Notes: generated by a model from the letters alone, not told the origin. Positions 50,647 to 63,568 are shown, counted from the first letter of the stretch. The stretch: DNA of 64,000 bases from Lama glama (GCA_028534125.1 CM052817.1:10542001-10606000); one strand, 5' to 3'. Numbers and translations are program-made.

Positions 50647-51510
50647 TACTAAATATTTAACTTAACTGTTAAGATCCTTAGCCTTACCGAAAACTCATCT
50701 TTTCTTCTCTCAATTTAACTCAAGCATCACCTGCTCCTAGAAGCCTTCCAGGATGCCTCATACATTCATGTATTCACTTACTCATCTGCAGAATACTGAG
50801 CACCATGGACAAGTGCCAGGCAATGAGAATGAACAGTGAGCGAGGCTGATATGGTCCATTTCCAATCAAGGGACAGGTTCTGCCGTGCTTACTCATTCTA
50901 AGGTTGGTGTTTTCATCCTTCAGCCAACTGCACAATTAGGAAAAAAAGAAAGTGCACCACTATCCAATGTGAATGATAAAATCCTCTAAAATCTGGAAGA
51001 CCAGAAATGGGTCTCCCCAACTCACTTGTGTTCTGTGCCTCCCCAAACACTTGACACAGTGCCTGACGCACCTGCTAGTCTCATGCAGACACGTTGTAAC
51101 TAAGGTCCTGGGGTGAGCTGGGTGCTAATTAGGGATGGAGTTCTTCTCTAAGGCCAGCTGAGAGCCACCCTTGTGACGTAACTCACATGCCCAGTTTCCT
51201 GTCCCATGACAAATACCTGTCAGAACCTGAAGGATGGGAGGGAGAGAATGGAAGGGAAACATCCTCTCCACTGGCTGCTTCCTCCTCTCTTTCCTTCAGG
51301 AATGCAAGTTCCTGCCAGCCTGTAGCCGATACCCCAGTTTGGTATTGAATGTGATCTCTCTGCTTACATCTACCAAGGAGGCATGATTAAACAAAACAAG
51401 ACAAACGAAAAAACAAAAGAAAATTAATAACTTAGGAAATGGAGTCTCAGACTTTCCAAGTCTTTTTGAATTGACCATCTTCTCTTGTGGAAGATTACAA
51501 TCTTCACCCG

Positions 51511-51576
51511 TAAATACTACACTTTTAAATCTACACTTTTAAGTCTACATCCTTTAAGACCACAGTCTACACCCTT
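51511..51576 (+). repeat. Imperfect ~14-bp tandem repeat (taaatctacacttt-like, about 4 units)
   Basis: taaatactacacttt / taaatctacacttt / taagtctacatcctt / ..agtctacaccctt. Confidence 0.65.
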
Positions 51577-51598
51577 CGCTTCATGCTCAACATATCCG

Positions 51599-51788
51599 TA
51601 GGACTATCAGATAAAACATGGGATGCTGAGGTAAATTGGAATTTCGGGCAAAAAGACTATTTTTTTAGTATAAATATATCCCATGCAATGTTTGAGACAT
51701 GCATTTACTAAAAAGTCTTTGATGTTTATCTGAAATTCAATTTTAACGAGGCATCTTGTGTTTTAATTTGTGAAATCTGGCAACCCCA
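51599..51788. mobile_element. MER53 hAT MITE, near full length
   Basis: Palindromic: cagataaaacatgggatg..gtaaattggaatttc ... tttatctgaaattcaattttaac..aaatctggcaacccca; decayed TSD catatccg/catatagt. Confidence 0.85.
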
Positions 51789-52499
51789 CATATAGTACAA
51801 ATTATTATTTCAGTAGTTGGCTTTGTTCAAGTAGTATCATACACCAATGCTTAGTATATGAATCAATTAAAATGGGGAGACTGAGGTCCAGAAGGGGAAA
51901 GAGCTGGGTTCTTCAGGGTTCAGATTGGAATGGCAGAGCTCAGAAATAAATGTAGGCTTCCAGAACCCAAGACATATGTTTGTGGAGTTTAGTGTCAGGA
52001 AAAATTATGAAAAACTTCGAAATGGGCAAAAAAGATTCATGAGTTGCCTGTCCAGTTGGGTTATCTGCACCTTTGAGCTAGCTACAGCTCTGTAAGTCAT
52101 GGAGAAGTGATAAGCATGTAAAGTATTTTTACCCATAAATGTGTGTTAGTTGTGTGAGGTTCATTATCCTGCTATGGACAGACCCATTTCTGCAGCTATT
52201 TATAAACTTATTTCAGCATTCCTTTAGGGCATGTAAACATATGGTTCTTTGAATTCTCCTTTGAACTGGTTGTAACATCTTACTGGTTCCCTCATTAACT
52301 AATGAGTTAAATTAATCTTTGACATTAATACTGGACGTTAAGTATTTCATATGTATAAGATCCATCATTTTACCTTTTATAAAAATTATCCTTTGGCCAT
52401 TTGTCATTTTTCTCTGGACATTGAGCCTGGAAGGAAGTCTGAAAGGAGGCTGGGACTAAGCGACGGCAGGGCTACTAGACGGTTGTGAAATGCAATGGA

Positions 52500-52970
52500 C
52501 TAGATAAAAAGGAACAGAGAAGGACATGTTTCTAAACTGTAAATCTGATCGTGGTATTCCCCATGGAAAACCCTCTCCTGACTTCGGAGATGTGACCCTG
52601 AGGATGAAGTCAAAACTCCCCATCTTGGGGGCGGTGCTCCGGTCCCCCCCTCCCCTCAGGCTTTGCACGTTGCAGGACACCCTCCCACCCCACTTCATGG
52701 GGGCTCCCTCCAGCTGCCCTGCCCACTCTCAGTCTAGTTTAGATGCATGCCCATCCTGTGAGCCCCTAGGAGCCCCTCAGGCTTCACGGCCATTGCGCTT
52801 TTCTCATGGCGTAGCAATTACTGCTTCATTGTCTGGGGCCTGCATTGGATTGCACCCTGTGAGGGCAGGGACCAGAACCACTTTGGTTTGTTTATGTGTG
52901 CATTCCCAGTTGCAAGCGGAGGGGCTGGCTCACAGTGAGACTCAAAAAAACAGCTGAATGAATAACTGGA
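52500..52970 (+). mobile_element. L2 LINE 3' fragment
   Basis: aactgtaaatctgatcgtg..ctgtgagggcagggacc..ggctggctcacagtgagactcaaaa..gctgaatgaat. Confidence 0.65.
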
Positions 52971-54184
52971 CCTGGATGCATACTGGGATCACTCACACAC
53001 ATCGGAGAGGGAAGCTAAGGGAAAGGGAAATGCAGGCGGGAGACAAGCAGCCTCACGCTGGCCAGAGTTTTCTTAGAAAAACACTTTGGGGGACAAGTCA
53101 CTCAGTCACCTGCCTCCCCCAGGTACTGATTCATCCTCACGCAATGATTTCCTTCCACGTAACGACACAGAACTAATTATTACATTATTCAAGATCGCAG
53201 CATAATAAGTTTTATGACTCTTCATATGAAATTGAATTATAAAATTGGACAGGTTCGCCTAAATCTCAGTGTTTTCTAGTCTTTCTAAAAAAAAAAAAAA
53301 TAGAAGTTCCCCATTTAAGGGGAAGAAAGAAAAGAATATCTTTTCGCATCTCAACCAGCCACGATCTGGAAAAAAGCCAGTCCATTTAGCAAAGGTGCTT
53401 CCAGGAAGAGTGCAAATTCCCAAGTCCTTTCTAATGTGTGGTCCCATCTCTACCTTCAATTACCAGCTAGAAGCTCCCACAGAACTTCAGGATCCTGTAA
53501 CGCCTCACAATTCCTCAGAGAGAACCTGATGGCCAGCCCTCTCTTCCCGAAGTACACCCACTCTGGGAGCTGTGTTTTCCATTTGTGAAAATCCCTCCCT
53601 TCGTGGCCTCACGCAGGTGAATTAGCTCAGTGGTGTTCACTGCAGAGATCTGAGTCTCAGCAAGCATTAAGGGTGGGGCTTCCCTGCCTCTCACTGGCCC
53701 CCAACGCCACCCGTTCCGTCTCCACCGCGGGTACAAGCTGATTCCCTCCTCTGGAGCAACTTAGCTGAGACCTGCCTCCATCCTGCCTGTATTTCTCCTT
53801 TGACAAGTCCTAGCCAACCTCAGAGGGACAGCAGCCGCTGCTGAATGCCTATTCGTTGGTCATTCAATAGCTACTACTTCCGGTTCCTCATGTAAATGAA
53901 CAGATCTTCTTGGCAAAAGAAATCCCTCCAGAATAGGCAACTGCCAGGCAGGAGTCGGGCTGTGAGTTTGGCCCATCTTGGGGGAGACGTCTGGATGGTG
54001 CCCTGCTGCGGACAGCCTGAGGCAGAGGGTGTGTGCCGAGGATGGAGCTGGGTGCGTGTCCCCGCTGAGGCTTCTCCCCAGAGAGCTGCATCCCATTGTG
54101 ACTCTAATGTCCACCCTTCAGGAAAAAAGTGAGATCTGTCTGAGAGACACACAGGTATAAAAAGAATTCTAGAAATGAACAAGA

Positions 54185-54390
54185 GCTAAAATATACTGAG
54201 GGTCTGCCGCATGCCAAGCACCACACTAAGTGCATCCTCTTATCTCTTCCTCGCCAGGCTTATGTGGCAGTAACTATTTCTATTCTCATTTGAAAAATGA
54301 AGAAAATGACTCGAAGAGGTTTTGAAGCCTCCCCGAGGTCTTATAACAAGATGGTGGCAGCAACAGTATTCAATCAAATCAAATGACAGA
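54185..54390 (-). mobile_element. MIR SINE
   Basis: atatactgagggtctgccgcatgccaagcac..tctcatttgaaaaatgaagaaaatgac. Confidence 0.6.
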
Positions 54391-56595
54391 CCCAAACGCC
54401 TAACAACGGGATGTGCTATTTGGACATACGGTGCTAGGGTTTTTTATTTCTGCCGTCTCATTTATCTCCCCATATACTCTGACATATATGATTCCCTCGC
54501 AGAACCAAAGGGATGTAAGGAACTTGTCCCAGCCCACAGGCTTAGAATCTGATGGGCAGCTTTGAAGAGGGATTTGCTCTTGGCCAGCTGCCAATGGGAG
54601 TGCAGTGGGCATGGCCAGGGACGAGGGGACAGGAACTCCAAATTCACACAAGAGGCTCAGCGTGCTGACATTGGCTCCTGAGCACCAGGAGCATTTATCT
54701 CAGGCCAGGGTTTTAAGGGAAAAATCCTTTGAGCTGAAGGAACCTGAAATAGAACTGATCATTGTACGCTTTCCTGAGATTGGAGCTGAGTCATAGGACT
54801 CTGATGGGGGAAGTCATTGGATTCAGAGGTCCCCTCTGCCACTGGTTCTGGAAATAAATACATTTTGCATTTTGTTGCTTAAAGGAAAGACTGGACAGAG
54901 CTGGCTTCCTAGGGAGATGGTTTGAAGCAGCTCTGTCCCACTATAAGGACCCTCCCTGTTGGGACACACCGGGGAGAACAGAAGTTACTGTGCACTGAGA
55001 AGTATCACCTAGTCTTAATTCAAAAACCACTGACCCCAGTCTGTGGGTCCCTTTCACTCATTACTCATCTCCAATCCCCTTTCCAGTTTAAAAGTCCCCA
55101 GGTCCGCATCAAGTCATTGACTCAAATCACTAAATTTATCAATTTCTTGGGAATCAGAGAGAAAAAATATCACTGTTCTTAATAACTTAGAAGAATACTG
55201 ACTTCCCTAGAAAAGCATATTTGTTTGGGAGTGAGAGCAAGTGTAAATTTATATCATTTAAGAAAGTATTTCAGAGTTCAAATTACAAAGGACGGTTTGA
55301 CCACGGGGCAAAGTTCCTTCTTATTTTAAAATTAAATGAAAGCAGCACACATTTTGTTAGATGTGTGAACCTACCAAATTGTAATGGCTGTGAAGCTCTC
55401 ACATATAACCAGTCATTTTTCAACCACATAATCATGTGCAATTGGGCAAAAATGGAAGAATTAGGCTGAAGTAAGAAAATCTGGGTTACGCCTTTATGCT
55501 TATGTCTCACTGTTGCTTAACATGGCTGCTTTGTGACTCCCTCATCTGTAAAACGGAAATAATCCTGCTTATTTCCGGTTTGTCCACGTACTAAATGAGA
55601 TGAAGAGAGCAGTTAATTTAGCACAGGGCTGAGCACAGGGTAATCACATAAGTACATTTAGTTGTTAAGTAACAACACTTGCTGTTGGTTTGGTTTTTCT
55701 TATTAAGATGGGTCTGCAAGTTTCCAAATTAGTCAGGTGTTGGGAATAAAGAATCGACAGTCTTCTACCTTTAAGAATCGCTGAGGACACCGCGGGACTG
55801 GAACAGATTCCCAAAGACTGAATTGATCTCATCACTTGATTCAGTACATTTAGAATATAATATAAATTGCATTTTGGAGAAAATTGACAATGTTTTAACT
55901 GATCCACGTAAATATGTAAATTGAGAAGATACATGGATGCATATTTTTACCCAACTAGATTTTATGTATGTTACATATTGTATCATATACCTACATCAAT
56001 ACATACACATAGATATGTATGTGTATGTAAACAAAGACACACAGAAGGAGAGGGTGAATCAAAGGGAAAGAGACAGAGACGAACAGACATTTGGAAAGGC
56101 CCACCCAGGGGTGAACAGGATGCAAAATAACAAGTACAGAAGAACTGAGTTCCCCAAGTTGCCCTCTGCACCTCCCTGCTGACATGGATTGATTGAGGTT
56201 GATTACGGATACACACATGCTTCTTGACTGTCCCCTTTATGCAATAAAAGCAGTGGTTGGTCTCCAATGAGGTGTGTTCCCAGGAAAGAAAGGGTGATTC
56301 TAAAGCAGGACTAGAAACCTCAAATGATGACACTTGTCTTGCAGGTAACGTACAGGCGCAGCCCACCGAGGACAGCAGAGGGAGGTATGAGGAATTACAG
56401 AGGACCGGGGCAGACTGGAGGTCGCAGTGGGAAGAGGGCAGCTCCCAGTCAGCTCCAGGCCATTGTCGCCATGTGGGAGAAGAGCCAGATCTTTGCTGAG
56501 TCTTTTTGTTGGTTTTATTTTGTTTTGTTTATTTGTTGTTTACATAGTTTATTCTTTATTCTTTTTTCCCTTTGTGGAGAAGCTATAAAACTGGG

Positions 56596-56937
56596 TGTAT
56601 CAGACAGTCAGGCTACTGTAACAAAAATACCCTAGATGGAGTAGCTTAAGAGAAATTAATTTTGTCATAATTCTGGAGGCTGGAAGCCCCAGATCACGGT
56701 GCCAGCACAGTCCAGTTCTGGTGAGGGTTCTCCTCCTGGCTTGTAGGTGGCTGTCTGCTCACAGTGCCTTCACATGGTGGAGAGAGGAGGTGAGTTCCCT
56801 GGTGTCCCTTCTGTAGGAACACTAATCCCATAATGCAGGACCCATCTTCTTGGCCCCATCCCTGAATACCAGTACTCTGGGGTTAAGGCTTCAACATACC
56901 AATTTGGGGAAGGGGGAGACACATTTAGTTCATAACA
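56596..56937 (-). mobile_element. MLT1A-like (MaLR) solo LTR
   Basis: ggctactgtaacaaaaatac..ttctggaggctggaagccccagatcacggtgccagca..ggggttaaggcttcaacata..gttcataaca. Confidence 0.88.
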
Positions 56938-57082
56938 TTGTATTTAAATATTTTAAAATGCTGGGTAGGCCAACAAAATTCACTCGACATCAGCAAGTGC
57001 TTATCTGGCTCAAAGCCACTGGTTTATGACCAGGTAAATTCTACTGATCAAGCTTCCCCATGTTTTATCACTTTAGAATCAC

Positions 57083-57083
<1 letters not shown>

Positions 57084-57119
<36 letters not shown>

Positions 57120-57141
57120 GCACGCACACACACACACACAC
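57084..57141 (+). repeat. (CA)n microsatellite with CG interruptions
   Basis: 58-bp alternating purine-pyrimidine tract read directly. Confidence 0.95.
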
Positions 57142-57779
57142 TTACTTTAGAAATTCTGTCAATTGGATGTGCAGGGAGTCCGCCCTCTCCTGGGGTTGGT
57201 GGGATGGAAAATGACTCATGACGAGCCGGCTTCCTTGATTGGAGCAGAGAGAAAATCCAGGATGAGGCAAGAGATGAGATGAGGGATGGTGTGAGGGAGG
57301 GCTGGAAGACTGTGATCGCTTTGATTTAAGCTGATTCAGGCAATTGGGAACCACAGCCTAGTTCTCAGGAGGGAAAATGCTCTGCTAGCAATTACAGCAA
57401 CGGACGATGATTCCCCCAACTATGTACAGAATTAGCTAGGACAGGAAAGCCTGCGGAGAGAAGAGGCAGGTAGAGCCTTGTGTCCGGCAGTCCCCTTAGG
57501 ACTGGACTATGGGGAGAAATCATTCTGTGGCTTCGCACACGCTGATCTCTGGCGTGGGAATTGTAACCCAGGATGGAGGCGGGATTCTCATTTTGATGTC
57601 AGGATAAGAAACCGAGTCACAGCTTAGAAACATGTTCCTAACATTTCCCAGGTACAAATGGACTTAGCCATGACTTGAACCCAGAGCTGTCTGACTTCAG
57701 TCCCTGAGCAGCAAGTTAATCCCTGCTGCCTTGACCCCTATTTCTTTAGCCCAAATTGGTCCCTCCCCTCTCTGGCTCA

Positions 57780-57955
57780 AGGAGAACCTTGCTCCTACCT
57801 CTGCTGTAACACTTACTGCAGATGATAATTACCTGATTTCACATCTCTCTCTCCCCCTGAGATTGTGATCTCCTTGGGGACCAGGAGCAGGGCCTCTCCA
57901 TCTTTGTGCCCGCAGTGGGCAATCAGTACATGGCAGATGAAGGTATGAATAAATG
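57780..57955 (+). mobile_element. L2 LINE 3' end
   Basis: ctccccctgagattgtgatctccttggggacca..gaaggtatgaataaatg. Confidence 0.6.
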
Positions 57956-58214
57956 CCCATCAGGCTGGTCTGAGTTCTGTGCACCAAGGGAGACAACAAG
58001 ACACTGGCAATCTGTCCTTAAAGGGAGGGGACTGTATCAGAGGAACTATTTTATGGGCGATTTTGTTTCCAATTATACGAAACCTCTTTCTGCAGGTGTT
58101 CATTAGGAGAATGGTAAGTCTTGAATCTGAACTCTGGATCCTCAAAGACATCAGATGCCTTCAAGAATCTTGCAAACATGTTGAAACTTACAGCTGTTTG
58201 GTATTGAGAAGAGG

Positions 58215-58455
58215 CGTTGCATGGAAGTTAAGAACACGGGGTCTGCAGACAAACATCCTGGCTTAGATTCCCAACTCCTTCCCCTGCCAGTTGTGTCTAA
58301 GGATAATCTGTGTCACTCCCTCCTTGTCCTCAGTTTCTCATCTATAAAACAGTGCTAATAACAGAACCTATCCCATAGCATTGCCTTAAAGACGAAAAGA
58401 GTTAATATACAAAAAGCAATTAACAAAACGCTCTATACATGTTAGCTATTATTAG
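58215..58455 (+). mobile_element. MIR SINE, near full length
   Basis: gttaagaacacggggtctgcagac..cctcagtttctcatctataaaa..gagttaatatac..atgttagctattatt. Confidence 0.85.
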
Positions 58456-59559
58456 TATGTTTCTATTTCAAACCTCATTGACAGAATGAACCCCGGATTG
58501 GGAGCTGAGAAAACTGTTTTTTCAGTCCCATCTGAAAAAAACTGAATCAGTCCCATCTTGGAACTACACCGATGAGTTCCTCTTACATGTGGCTGTAGCC
58601 TTGTTTTAAATTATCACCCCTGAAATATAAGCCTAAAATATATGTGTCATCTCATCATCCCATCAGTAGAACAGGGGGAAATTCCCACCTGTCTATCTCA
58701 CAAAGTTAAAATGTTATTATGACCATGCCTTGAAAACTGTAAACAGTTATGGTCTTATTATGTTCACAGGTAGAATATTTCAAGAGCCATATGGTCTTAA
58801 TTAACCATGGATAATATCCAAAGTTATCCTGCTAACCAGGAATAATGCTGGATGCTAAAAATAACCTCTAAACTAAGATGAAATACAGTGAAAAATCTCT
58901 CAGGATGTCAGAAACAAAACGGTGTCTTCTGCAAAGACGAGACGCCTGCATTCAGTCATTCTTTCCTTGTCTTAGCCGTCCCTTTCTCCTTGCTTTCTTA
59001 CTATTCCTGCCTTGCCTAGCATAAATTTCCCTGAGGGATAGTAGTGATGGGTGAATCACGGAAGATCATTGGCTGCTTACAGCTAACGAGCTACTTCATT
59101 TGCTACACTGCAGAAAACCCACCAGATCTTTCATTCTGATTCTCATGGACGACTGAGCTACAGAGAAACACAACCCCCTCCAACTGCTGTACTCTCTAAA
59201 TGTTGTATTTAGAGAAGCTACGATGGCTAAAAAATAAGACACAAAGATTAGCTCTCTCTTCCCCCACATCCAATCTTGCCTTTCCCAATATTCATATACC
59301 TGTCACCCCAGCACACAGGAAATGGCCAACGATTTCAAGACAGAGAGAAAAACTAAAGACTACTTAGGAAGCATATGCCTTAGCAATGGAGAATTTTCCT
59401 CCAGAATTTAAAATATTTAAGTTAACCTACAAAAAAGGAAGGTAAGTTTTCTCCAAAGCATTTGTTCTTCTCCCAATTCCATATATCAAAGGAGCATCTT
59501 ATGCTTTAAAAACATTGTGAGAGAGCAAATAACTTTAAAGGCTCAATGTAATTGGTAAT

Positions 59560-59667
59560 CATTTAAAAAGACAAATAAAGAGGAATAAGAGGAGGAGCTG
59601 AGGAAAATGAAAAGGAGGAGGAAGAGGGGAAAAGAAAAGAAAAAAGGGAAAAAAGAAAAGGAAAACT
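59560..59667 (+). repeat. Purine-rich low-complexity tract
   Basis: Almost only A/G over about 100 bp; a second GA tract at 59996-60062. Confidence 0.8.
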
Positions 59668-60664
59668 CAAAATCCTGAAGTCTTTGCTCAGATACACCCC
59701 TCTGGAAAATTCCAAGATCTTTACTTACAGCAAAGGGCAAGCAGAAACTTCTCTTTGTCTTTGGATCTCTGGTGTAACTCTGGATAGGGCTCCCCAAGAG
59801 TGATGGATATAATTTTGTTAGTTTCAGCAAGACACAGACGTGGCCATTCAGCATAGACTTTTATAAGAGGCAGAGAGAAGGTAGATAGCAGGAAAGCCCT
59901 GAGAAAAATAGAACTGGGGGCAGATTTTATTAACGATCAGTGGAACGTGGGAGTCTGAAAGTTTAGTGCAGTTGCCTCTTTTGGGATTATATTCCAGAGA
60001 GAGAGGGAAGGGGAGAAAGAGAGGAGGGGTGAGCAGTCAGGGAAAGAGAGAGAGAGAGAGGACTTGAGATGATTATGAACTCTTTATCTTTCCATATCTT
60101 TTAAAACTGCTTAACTGCTGTTGCTAACAGAACTTTTCAGACTTAAGAGACAGTTTTGATGGAACAAATTTTATACCAAAAGCAGAGATCCATGGAAGCC
60201 CAGAGAAATACAGGTTATCAGCATTGAGAGGGTTTGACCATGGAGATTAGTAAGGATGGAAGGAAACTTTTCAAAAATTTCTGCTAGCTTAGGGCCGAGA
60301 GACCATCTGCCCCATTTGCTAGTAAACTTTGCTAAGTGTCTGAATAGAGCCTTTCCCGTATCTGTAGCCAAGGAACTTTATGGCACCGCACGTAGCAGGT
60401 CCCAGTACACATTTCTGATGAGCTCTCCCCGGAAAAATCTTTGCAGAAAGGGATTGTCACTGTGGGAGGTGGGTGTTCACTAGGACTAAATTGAAAACTC
60501 CCTTTTTGCACTGTGTGGCCCCGTTTTCAGTTCTTTACCAATGGGATACAAGCCCAAGAAACCTGGCTTTTCCAGATCAGGATTTTTTTTTCAAGGGGTT
60601 GGTTTCTCTTTCTCTCTTCTGGTTCTGCTCCCTCGGGATAAAAGTCTAGGATCACTCAGATACC

Positions 60665-60829
60665 AGAGGACAGCAGAGCCACAGAGGAAAGGAGCTCGGG
60701 TCCCTGAATCACGATGTGGAGGAAAATCACCCACTGCCCAGAAACAGCTACATTGAACCATGTGGTATAGGGCAGATATTGACATTCTGAGGTTTGTTAC
60801 AGCAGCTATCCTTACCCTAACTAATTGCA
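60665..60829 (+). mobile_element. Old MLT1 (MaLR) LTR 3' part
   Basis: gcagagccacagaggaaaggagctcgggtccctgaatcac..gtttgttacagcagcta..accctaactaattgca. Confidence 0.6.
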
Positions 60830-62129
60830 TGTGAACTTGAATTGTGAGGATTTTTGTTTAGCAAGAGTCTTAATTCAGCTCATATAATAAAAAATGCAAA
60901 GCAAACCAACTGAACAAGCAGATACTGAGCTTCAGTGCCAAAGGCTGTCGAAGAATAAGGGTGAGGAAGAGCTGGGGAGGTCTCAGGATTTCTGCGCAAC
61001 AGAGAGGAGCTGCAGATTGATCAGGCACGGGTTACTCTGCACTGAGACCTTTAACTCCCTACTTCTGAAAGCGGCTGTCACCACCCTCAGTGAGCGGATC
61101 TTTGTCCCTCATAGGGGATTTACAAAGATTCTTTGAGCAAGGTCGGTAATCAAGGTCAGTGCCTGCAGGCACGGTGACAACAGACCTTGTACCTAAACCA
61201 GGTCAGTTCCCCAGCTTTGGGAAATGCTCTTAAACCTCTGCTGGCCTGTCAGAAAAAAAAAAGAAAAGAAAAGAAAACCACTACATGGGAATCGCTGATA
61301 AACCGGTATTGATTTTCACAGATCACCCTTGTCAAAAGGATTTATTGATGTGTCAGTGCGTATTGTCGAGATGATCATAGCAGGATGGCTTTGAAGGATT
61401 TATAAGAAATCTACAGGCTTTAATACACTCGGCGGTAAATAACTAACAAGTATTGCACATATTGATTCTTGTCATGTGGTCAATGCAATCTTTAGCCCAC
61501 TAATTGTCAGTATTGACAAACAGTTCATGATCTAAATGAGCAGCTGGACATCCGCTCTGAGTGCAACATTTCCAAATGGCGTTTTCCTTGCTATTCTCAA
61601 CCTAATGTTCATGGAGCAGCCTTGCAGGTAATCGGCTCTAGGCAAAGGGAAACGTGTGGTAATTAATTCTGCCTTGCTGTCAAGTGTCCCTCTAAAGGTA
61701 GAGAGGAGGGAGGGTGAGTCTGGTCATAGCGCACGAGGCTGGGACCCAGTTACACGACACGTGCACCTCAGTATCCTCCAATGCCCACCTCAAATGCCTT
61801 TTTCTGGGAGAAACCTTCCCCAGTCCCACCCCCATGGGGTTGCTACCGCTTCAACCCTATGGCATTCCCAGGCAATTAATCACACAATTAATTATCTATG
61901 TTGAAATTTATTTATCTATGTATGTTGAATTTTTCTATTGTGTTATGACTAAATCTTTGTTTTTCAATTGTATATGAGCTTTTAAATTTGGGAGGAAGAT
62001 ACAGGATCTCATTGAGAAGGTGGTGAAAGGTACTAATGGTCTCTTTGAAAAAGCTTGCAGTTCAATTTGAAAAAGGTTTTCAGGGAATTCATAGAAGGTC
62101 CATGAACCTCCCAAACAGATGCAATTAAA

Positions 62130-62290
62130 CCCCAGTTCAGATTCCAGCTCTATTACCATCCAGATGTCTGGCCTCAAAGAGTTTCTCAACCTGTCATTCT
62201 TAATACAAGAATAATCAGTTACAGGGCGGGTTTGTTGTCGGGATTAAGGGATATGCTTTGCACATGGTATTGACTCCAAAAAATCATCGG
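62130..62290 (+). mobile_element. MIR SINE remnant
   Basis: agttcagattccagctctattacc..gttgtcgggattaag..gcacatggta. Confidence 0.5.
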
Positions 62291-63534
62291 TATTGTTCAA
62301 GGTTTCTGAGTTTGTTTCTTCCTTCATGCTGCAAACATTAACTGAGCACTAATCAGGAGCCAGGTGTGGCCCCACGACTACATCCCGTGGTTGAGCCATC
62401 CAAACCAAGCGGAGTCCCTTGCTTACAATAGTTGCTCAATTAATATTTTAATAGATTAATGAGGATCCTTGCCACTGGACAGAACAAACTTCAGCTCATT
62501 CTATTATATTATTTTTTAATCAAGCATTCAAATATTGTTATTGACTAAACTGGACTCTATTATAAGCCTCTATTATACACTCATTCAACCTGAAAAAGTC
62601 TTTTAGAGAAAGGGCATTTATCAGACCATAGTTGTTACAATCATCTTCCAATCTGCTATTTCTATAAAGTTGTATCATATTTTAAATGTAGTTAATCTTT
62701 CCCTAAATGTACACTTGTTCCCCCTTTAACATATAAGTCAAATTTAACAGAGTAAACATTTCATTTATATTACAATACAGACCTATGTATCAACTTATGT
62801 CTAGGTCTGCTGTAAAACATTTTATTCTCCACTGGGGAAGAACGCTGTAAAAATGCAAATAGTGAGAGCAGGTGAAAAAGAGTAAAGCTTGTATATGCAC
62901 GTGTATATTTGATCTGTAAAGGTGCTTTTTTTAAACTTGGAAGACTAACTAATGAACACAAAGAATATTATATTTTTCTAGTTAACAAAATTATAGGAAC
63001 TCATTCATAGGCTTATGGAAATTTTTCCATTTATTTTTATCAATTATTTCTCTTCTAGGCCCCTGACCCTGTGCCAGCAGCATGCCTTTTTCTTTATTTT
63101 GCTAATGGGGAAATTGGGATTAGCACAAATGGTCTTAAACTTTATCACCTGGATGAAGTCTCCTGTCCCATCTTTTATAATTTCTCACCTATCTTCTGAT
63201 AATTGAGGTTTAGCACATTGACATTAGCAAGGCATAGAGCCCTGTGTCTGGAGACAATGACTGACACTCCACTGTCGGAGATGTGGCTTCTTAGGGACAT
63301 GATACCCTGTTTGATCTTACAAATGTCTCCAATGTCCAATTATCACCAACCATTTGGGTGAGTGACAAGATATCAGGGGAAATTTTTTCCAGATCACATT
63401 CTCTCGCTCTCTCCTTTCTCTTTTCTCATAATGCAGGAAGGGCTCATTATGATCTAAGAAGCATGGGCACTAACTCTACAGACGCAGTTAAAGTTTTAAC
63501 ATAGGATTGCTTGTCTTGTCCCTCCAAATCCAAA

Positions 63535-63536
<2 letters not shown>

Positions 63537-63568
<32 letters not shown>

